The notes below the pieces were generated by a model. The model did not search any database. It was given only the letters and a program-made list of their open reading frames with translations, and was not told the DNA's origin. Below, piece by piece: positions 58,395-64,000 of a stretch of 64,000 bases of DNA. How positions within the stretch are numbered: the stretch's first letter is position 1; each line of letters starts with the position of its first letter. Both the position numbers and the translations under genes were made by a program. The stretch lies in NCBI GenBank assembly GCA_963715795.1, contig OY970275.1:1067643-1131642 (forward strand), given 5' to 3'. The DNA comes from an uncultured Acidobacteriota bacterium (lineage in GTDB: Bacteria; Acidobacteriota; Terriglobia; Acidiferrales; UBA7541).

Positions 58395-60380
58395 ATGACA
58401 GCTCTGCCAGCGAAACTTCGACATGCGTGGCGCCGCCTCTCGCGGATAGACCTCTTCGCCATCCTGATTATTCTTGCGGGAGCGGTTTGCACCATCCTTG
58501 ACCTGAGCGGCGGCTTGGCCAGTTTCCTCAAGTTTTTTGCCCTTCTCGCGACGATTTACGTGCTGGTCCGGCTCGTCGGATGGTGGCGGACGCGCCTGCT
58601 TTGGAGCCTGCGCAACCGGCTCATTGTCGCCTATCTCTTCATCGCGGTCGTGCCCATCCTTCTGATCCTGACCCTCGTGCTTCTTGCCGGCCAGATTTTG
58701 TATTCCCAATTGGGCGCCTATTTGCTTTATGACGACATCCAGCGACGCGTTGCCATGATGGCGGACATCACCGATCATATTGCCGCCGCGCACCGCACCT
58801 TGCCCAAGGGCGTTTCCGAAGATGAATCGGAACATGTCCTCGCCGCGCAGTCCCACCTGGTTCACGACCGCGATTTATCGGGCTTGACCATTGATTTCTC
58901 GAATGACCCTGCTTTTCTGCGAAAAGTGGCTGGCCCGGCCAGCAGCCACTTCTCGGGCCTGGTCGAAGAGCACAACTTGCTTTACCTCATGAGTATCCGG
59001 GAGATGCCGGAGCCGAAAGGCGTCCGCGTGGCCACGCTGCGTGTACCTGTAACTTCGGAATTCCTGGCTACCATTGCGCCCGATCTTGGGGCTATCCAAC
59101 TGAATCTGACCAAACGATTCGAAGGCGGGGCGCGGCAGGGAATTCTCTATAATTCGGACGATTTTCAGTACGAGACAACCGTCCGCATTCAGGCGCGGAA
59201 TCGAACGCTCTACCCTCCTTCGTACTGGTTCGATCCGTCGATCGTCGGTTTGTCGCGGCTGGATTCCGTTTTCGTCGGGCCCAGCGGCGGTGTCGATCCG
59301 CGGCGGCCCGTCTTAGTCACATTCAACGCGCGCCCCTCGCGTTTGAACGCCCGGATTTTTTCGTCGTTGGGCGATCTCAGCGATATTTACGTCGACGGAT
59401 TTATTTTGCTCGCGGCAATTTTCTTGCTGATCGAGATCGCGGCTCTGATTACCGGGATCGTCCTCACGCGCCGCATCACCAAAGCTGTCAGCGATCTTTA
59501 CCAGGCGACCCAGTACGTGAAAGCCGGCGATTGGTCGCACCGCGTGCGCATCGAACGCAGGGATCAGCTCGGCGTTCTCGGCCAATCGTTCAATGACATG
59601 ACGGGCTCGATCAGTGGCTTGCTCGAAGAATCCAAAAAGCGCCAGCGGCTGGAGAATGAGCTTTCCATCGCCAGCGAAGTGCAGAATCTGCTTTTTCCGC
59701 AACGGGTGCCGTCGGTTGCTGGCGTCGAACTGGAAGCCATCAACAAAGCCGCGCGTACCGTGAGCGGCGATTACTACGATTTCATCCAGCTCAGCCCCAC
59801 GCATCTGGCTATCGCGCTGGCGGACATTTCCGGGAAGGGAATTTCCGCCGCGCTTCTGATGGCCAGCTTGCAAGCGGCGCTGCGCAGCCAGCTTCTTTCT
59901 CCTGGGAGCGAGACCATGAGCACCGCGGAGCTTGTGGCGCGGCTTAACGTGCACATGGTGCGAAACACCGCCGATGACCGCTTCGCTACGTTTTTCGTCG
60001 CCGTCTACGACAGCGCCACGCGAGTGCTTCGTTATACCAATGCGGGCCATTTGCCGGGATTCCTGATTTTGAACGGGGCCTCGCGGCACCTCGACAAGGG
60101 CGGAATGGTCCTCGGCGTGGTCGAGGATTACGTTTATGAAGAAGATTCGGTGACTGTGCCGCCGAACGCTTTGCTGGTGCAGTACAGCGATGGATTGATC
60201 GAACCGGAGAATGTCTACGGCGAAGAATTCGGCATCCCGCGATTGCAGGAAGCGGCGATTCGCCTGCAGAGCGCCGCGCCGCGCGTGGTGGGTGAAACGC
60301 TGATGGCTGCGGTCGAGGAATGGGCGGGCACGCCGGAGCAAGCGGACGACATGACCGTGCTTGTCGCGCGCCTGCGTTAG
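58395..60380 (+). CDS. Membrane-bound HAMP domain-containing PP2C (SpoIIE/RsbU-type) serine phosphatase
   Basis: It has N-terminal TM helices flanking an extracytoplasmic region, a HAMP domain (ITKAVSDLYQATQYVKAGDWSHRV...LGQSFNDM) and PP2C motifs (SGDYYDF, ADISGKG, DDMTVLV). Confidence 0.8.
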   Translation: MTALPAKLRHAWRRLSRIDLFAILIILAGAVCTILDLSGGLASFLKFFALLATIYVLVRLVGWWRTRLLWSLRNRLIVAYLFIAVVPILLILTLVLLAGQILYSQLGAYLLYDDIQRRVAMMADITDHIAAAHRTLPKGVSEDESEHVLAAQSHLVHDRDLSGLTIDFSNDPAFLRKVAGPASSHFSGLVEEHNLLYLMSIREMPEPKGVRVATLRVPVTSEFLATIAPDLGAIQLNLTKRFEGGARQGILYNSDDFQYETTVRIQARNRTLYPPSYWFDPSIVGLSRLDSVFVGPSGGVDPRRPVLVTFNARPSRLNARIFSSLGDLSDIYVDGFILLAAIFLLIEIAALITGIVLTRRITKAVSDLYQATQYVKAGDWSHRVRIERRDQLGVLGQSFNDMTGSISGLLEESKKRQRLENELSIASEVQNLLFPQRVPSVAGVELEAINKAARTVSGDYYDFIQLSPTHLAIALADISGKGISAALLMASLQAALRSQLLSPGSETMSTAELVARLNVHMVRNTADDRFATFFVAVYDSATRVLRYTNAGHLPGFLILNGASRHLDKGGMVLGVVEDYVYEEDSVTVPPNALLVQYSDGLIEPENVYGEEFGIPRLQEAAIRLQSAAPRVVGETLMAAVEEWAGTPEQADDMTVLVARLR

Positions 60381-60463
60381 TCGCACTCTCTGGGCGCGCG
60401 GTAGTGCGTGTTTCGCGGGTGGGCTATACTGACAAGCTTTGCATCGCTGCTGATGGGGGAAGA

Positions 60464-61207
60464 ATGCCGCTGGTGAATCGTGTGGCGCTGATCACGGGAG
60501 GAAGCCGGGGGATCGGGCGAGGCGTCGCCCTTCGCCTGGCGCAAGAAGGCGCGCGCATCGCGATCTCCTATCGTTCCAACAAGACGGCCGCACAGCAGAC
60601 GCTCCGGCAACTGCAATCCACAGGAGCGGATTGCGTGGCCGTGGAAACGGATGTCACCGAAGCGGGGCGCGCGGAACAACTCGTCGAAGCCATCGCAGAC
60701 CGGTACGGGCGCCTCGATATTCTTGTGAACAACGTGGGCGGATTTCGCTGGGGGACTCTGGCGGAATCTTCGCTGGAAGAATGGCAAGGGATTTTTTCGT
60801 CGAATCTATCGAGCGTCGTGTATGTGAGCCGGGCTGCTTTGCCGCTGATGCGGCGCGGGCGCTGGGGCCGCATCGTGAACCTCGGCGCGGTGGGAGCGGA
60901 GCGGGCGTTTGGCCAGGCGAAAATTTCAGCGTACGCCGCGGCCAAGGCTGCCGTGGTGGCGCTTTCTCGTTCGCTGGCGCTCGAGGAAGCGAAGAACGGG
61001 ATTACCGTGAATGTAGTGAATCCCTCGAGCATCGACGAGAAGGAACTGACGCTGAGCGAAGCGCGGCGCATTCGCGACGCGCGTTTTCCGATTGGCCGCC
61101 CGCCGACAGTCGAAGACGTAGCCGCTGCCGTGGCGTATTTCGTGTCCGACGATGCGGAGTACGTGACCGGCCAGGTTATAAACGTCAGCGGCGGTTGGAT
61201 GCTGTAA
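60464..61207 (+). CDS. SDR family oxidoreductase (FabG-like)
   Basis: It has the motifs ITGGSRGIG and YAAAKAA (YxxxK). I placed the start at MPLVNR (60464). Confidence 0.85.
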   Translation: MPLVNRVALITGGSRGIGRGVALRLAQEGARIAISYRSNKTAAQQTLRQLQSTGADCVAVETDVTEAGRAEQLVEAIADRYGRLDILVNNVGGFRWGTLAESSLEEWQGIFSSNLSSVVYVSRAALPLMRRGRWGRIVNLGAVGAERAFGQAKISAYAAAKAAVVALSRSLALEEAKNGITVNVVNPSSIDEKELTLSEARRIRDARFPIGRPPTVEDVAAAVAYFVSDDAEYVTGQVINVSGGWML

Positions 61208-61254
61208 TCTGGAAGCTGTAAACGAAACGGAATTGCACGCCGCGTGAATCTGCC

Positions 61255-62862
61255 ATGAAAGCTCTCATAGCAGCCGAGATGCGCGAAGTTGACCGCCTGA
61301 CGACGGAGCGACTTGGTGTGCCCGGCTTGCAGTTGATGGACGCCGCGGGAAAGCATGTGGCGGACACCGTCGGAGCCAGGCTGGCGTTTTTTCGAGAGAA
61401 ACGTGTCGCGGTTCTTTGCGGGAAAGGAAACAATGGCGGCGACGGATTCGCCGCGGCGCGGCATTTGAAGGAAGCGCGCTGCGAGCCGCAGGTCTTTCTG
61501 TTTGGCGCGCGAGACGGAGTGCATGGCGATGCCGCCGCGAATCTCGAACTTTGGCTGAAAGATTCCGGCGAGATTACCGAGATTGGCGACAGCGCTTCGT
61601 TCGAGAGGTGCTGGCTCAAAATCGCAAGCTGCCCGGTGATTGTGGACGCCCTGCTCGGGACAGGTCTGCGCGGCCCAGCCACCGGGCTCATCGCGGAAGT
61701 CATCGCTAAGATCAATGAGCTCTCGCGGAATGCCACGTTGGCGCGCCCAGCGATGATTCTTGCGGTGGACATTCCCTCGGGCCTGCCGTCCGACGGCCAA
61801 CCCGCTGATGGGCCTGTTTTGTACGCACACCAGACCGTTACCTTCACCGCGCCAAAGATTGGGCAGTTGATCTCGCGCGAAGCGAGCTGCTGCGGCAAAC
61901 TCGAAGTCCGGCAGATTGGTTCGCCCGCCGCGCTGGTCGAAGAGATTGGACAAGGCAAAGCGCGCTTGGCCGAGCCGGAGGAATTTGCGGCGATGCCGCT
62001 GATCCGTCCGGCGGAATCCAACAAGGGGACGTTCGGGCATGTGCTGCTGCTGGCCGGTTCAAGGGGAAAAAGCGGAGCGGCCATCCTTGCAGGGCGCGCA
62101 GGGTTGCGAGCGGGCGCGGGGCTGGTCACGATCGCTATGCCGGAAATAATCTTGCCCATCGTTGCGTCGGCTGAAGCGGAATACATGACGGAACCGCTTG
62201 CGGCCACGAAGTCCGGTTCGCTCTCGCTGCGCAGCCTCACCGACGGAACGTTCGGCGAACTCGAAGAAGGGAAGAGCGTGTTAGCCATTGGCCCAGGCCT
62301 TGGCCAGCACCGGCAAACGCAGGAATTTATTCACACGATTGTTGCGCAGACGGAGTTGCCGGTGGTCCTCGATGCCGACGGGTTGAACGCGTTTGCCGGC
62401 GAGGGCGGGCGGCTACGCAAACGGAAGACGAAGTTTCTTGCCGTGACGCCGCATCCGGGGGAGATGGCGCGGTTGCTTGGGGTATCCATAAAACAGGTTC
62501 AGGCCGATCGGCTGAGCGCGGCGCGCGATTCCGCAGAGAAGTGGAATGCACACGTCGTGCTGAAAGGATTTCACACGATCCTTGCATCACCAAAAGGCGA
62601 GCTTTTCGTCAACGCCACCGGCAACGCAGGTTTGGCGAAGGGCGGGACTGGAGATGTCCTTACCGGCGTGCTGGCCGCCTTGACCGCGCAATTTGGTACC
62701 GGTGACTGGCATCGTGTGCTGACACTTGGCGTCTATCTGCACGGCGCGGCGGCGGGTGCGGCGCGAATTTCGCCCGATATTTCCGGAATGCTGGCGCACG
62801 AAATCGCGGAGAACGTTCCCGTCGCGCGAGCGAAGCTGGTTCGAGAGATTGCGCGTGGCTGA
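61255..62862 (+). CDS. nnr: Bifunctional NAD(P)H-hydrate repair enzyme (epimerase/ADP-dependent dehydratase)
   Basis: It has a YjeF N-terminal domain (CGKGNNGGDG) and a C-terminal kinase-like domain (GPGLG, GTGDVLTG). Confidence 0.9.
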   Translation: MKALIAAEMREVDRLTTERLGVPGLQLMDAAGKHVADTVGARLAFFREKRVAVLCGKGNNGGDGFAAARHLKEARCEPQVFLFGARDGVHGDAAANLELWLKDSGEITEIGDSASFERCWLKIASCPVIVDALLGTGLRGPATGLIAEVIAKINELSRNATLARPAMILAVDIPSGLPSDGQPADGPVLYAHQTVTFTAPKIGQLISREASCCGKLEVRQIGSPAALVEEIGQGKARLAEPEEFAAMPLIRPAESNKGTFGHVLLLAGSRGKSGAAILAGRAGLRAGAGLVTIAMPEIILPIVASAEAEYMTEPLAATKSGSLSLRSLTDGTFGELEEGKSVLAIGPGLGQHRQTQEFIHTIVAQTELPVVLDADGLNAFAGEGGRLRKRKTKFLAVTPHPGEMARLLGVSIKQVQADRLSAARDSAEKWNAHVVLKGFHTILASPKGELFVNATGNAGLAKGGTGDVLTGVLAALTAQFGTGDWHRVLTLGVYLHGAAAGAARISPDISGMLAHEIAENVPVARAKLVREIARG

Positions 62863-63274
62863 AGAGATCATCACGCACTCCGCGGAAGAGACGGCGAACT
62901 GGGGACGGGAATTTGCGAAGCGGCTCGCGGCGCCGGTTCTGGTTTTGTTGACAGGCGAACTCGGCAGCGGAAAAACCACGCTGACGAAGGGAATCGTGGC
63001 GGGGCTGGGCGCTGCCGGCGAAAATGAAGTGACCAGTCCGACGTTTACGCTCGTCCATGTGTACGGGAATCCCGCCAAGGTCTATCACGCCGATTTATAT
63101 CGTATCGAGAACTTCCACGATTTTGAGACGCTCGGCTTGGAAGACGTTTTTGCAAAACCGGCGGTCGTAATTTTGGAATGGTCGGAGCGTTTTCCGTTGC
63201 CTTCGCCGTGGCCGCAAGTACGCATCCGGCTGGAGCATCAGGGCGGCGAAACGCGCCGCATCTCGGTCCTCTAG
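62855..63274 (+). CDS. tsaE: tRNA threonylcarbamoyladenosine biosynthesis ATPase TsaE
   Basis: It has the Walker A motif LTGELGSGKTTLTKG and HADLYR. The GTG start at 62855 overlaps the nnr stop (gtggctga). Confidence 0.85.
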   Translation: MAEEIITHSAEETANWGREFAKRLAAPVLVLLTGELGSGKTTLTKGIVAGLGAAGENEVTSPTFTLVHVYGNPAKVYHADLYRIENFHDFETLGLEDVFAKPAVVILEWSERFPLPSPWPQVRIRLEHQGGETRRISVL

Positions 63275-63407
63275 CTTCTTCCTGTAACTCCCCTGTTTTT
63301 ATGCGCTTGCAGCATGGTCCTTACTCTCTCGTTACGGAAGCCGGGAGTCTTGTTGCGGTACCCGGCGTGCGCTGCTAGGTTGGTAAAAGCCCCTTCTGGT
63401 GGAGTGC

Positions 63408-64000
63408 ATGGCCGACGAGAGTCTTACACTTGGCGTGGCAGAAGCGGCCCGGATCGAACTGAAAAGCTATAACGTCACGATCCCCATGGGATCGTTGTCC
63501 ATCGGGGTGGATAATATCCACCACGATGTGTTCCTTAGCCCGAAGTTTGTCCAGGCCGCGCGCGACTATTTGTTTGACTTGATGCGGCAGAGCACCAGCG
63601 CCACGTATTTGTCCGGCATCGAATTGCGGACCGTCAAGAGCCTGGATAATGCGGCGTTTCGCAAGCTGCTGACGGAACTCCTGCAAAGCGCGCTGACGCA
63701 GGCCAAATTCCACAAGAACATCGAGATCGATCTGGTCTTCCGGCTTGGGCTGCTGAAATTTCTCACCCAGGAATTGACCAACCAATTCGCCAATTTGATT
63801 TTGGAAGGGAAGGAATGGATCCGCCACCGGGGCGAATTCTTCGAACGCAGCCAGCAAGCACATGTGATCAAGGCGCGACTTTCGGAACTGCAATCGGCGA
63901 GGCGAAGGGTGATTCGCGGCGTAGGCCAGCAAGTGGCGCAGATGGTCGTGGACATCGAAGAAAACGTGATGGCCAAAACGCGGCGCGCGCTCTTTGGCGA
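63408..64000 (+). CDS. Hypothetical protein, N-terminal part (runs off the window; not in the supplied ORF track)
   Basis: I translated it by hand from ATG 63408 (MADESLTLGVAEAARIELKSYNVTIPMGSL...) with no stop codon to position 64000. The RBS-like ggtggag lies upstream. The two minus-strand ORFs listed here look like antisense shadows. Confidence 0.55.
   Translation, partial: MADESLTLGVAEAARIELKSYNVTIPMGSLSIGVDNIHHDVFLSPKFVQAARDYLFDLMRQSTSATYLSGIELRTVKSLDNAAFRKLLTELLQSALTQAKFHKNIEIDLVFRLGLLKFLTQELTNQFANLILEGKEWIRHRGEFFERSQQAHVIKARLSELQSARRRVIRGVGQQVAQMVVDIEENVMAKTRRALFG

Overview
This is a high-GC chromosomal segment, mostly housekeeping genes. It is probably from an Acidobacteriota (Terriglobia-like) genome. 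That guess is an inference from an ADOP-type duplicated FtsX permease, two tandem acidobacterial-type VWA proteins and the overall gene content.

Core content:
- **LPS/KDO genes:** kdsC, kdsD, kdsA, pyrG and kdsB all lie on the minus strand, but accessory genes interrupt the series.
- **Repair and tRNA modification:** uvrA and uvrC bracket six uncharacterised genes. mnmA sits next to a damaged cysteine desulfurase gene. nnr and tsaE are also present.
- **Other housekeeping:** deoB, a complete pilMNOPQ operon, pepP-accB-accC-thiE, two APC-type permeases, a HAMP-PP2C phosphatase, an SDR and a UbiD-family decarboxylase.

Accessory or unusual content:
- A frameshifted ApeA-like HEPN defence gene sits alone between kdsA and a multi-CBM GH10 xylanase.
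- A 1308-aa protein fuses a CE15-like esterase to a GH9-like domain.
- A hicB-hicA cassette is flanked by 83-bp imperfect direct repeats, and hicA carries an in-frame TGA.
- An orphan hicB-like gene lies next to the ADOP permease.
- The cysteine desulfurase gene has both a 1-nt frameshift in a (GA)6 tract at the PLP-lysine codon and an in-frame insertion of about 150 nt containing a REP-like hairpin.
- Several short dispersed repeat families are present: GTAGGGGC... palindromes, heptamer arrays, TTTGTAAGTG...ATTCTAAAGGG modules and TTCGAAAT-rich tracts.

I found no rRNA, tRNA, CRISPR array, transposase or integrase. I could not identify a convincing multi-gene novel system. The best candidates for follow-up are the small defence and toxin-antitoxin islets and the repeat families. 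All homology calls rest on motifs recognised by eye and need HMM or BLAST confirmation.
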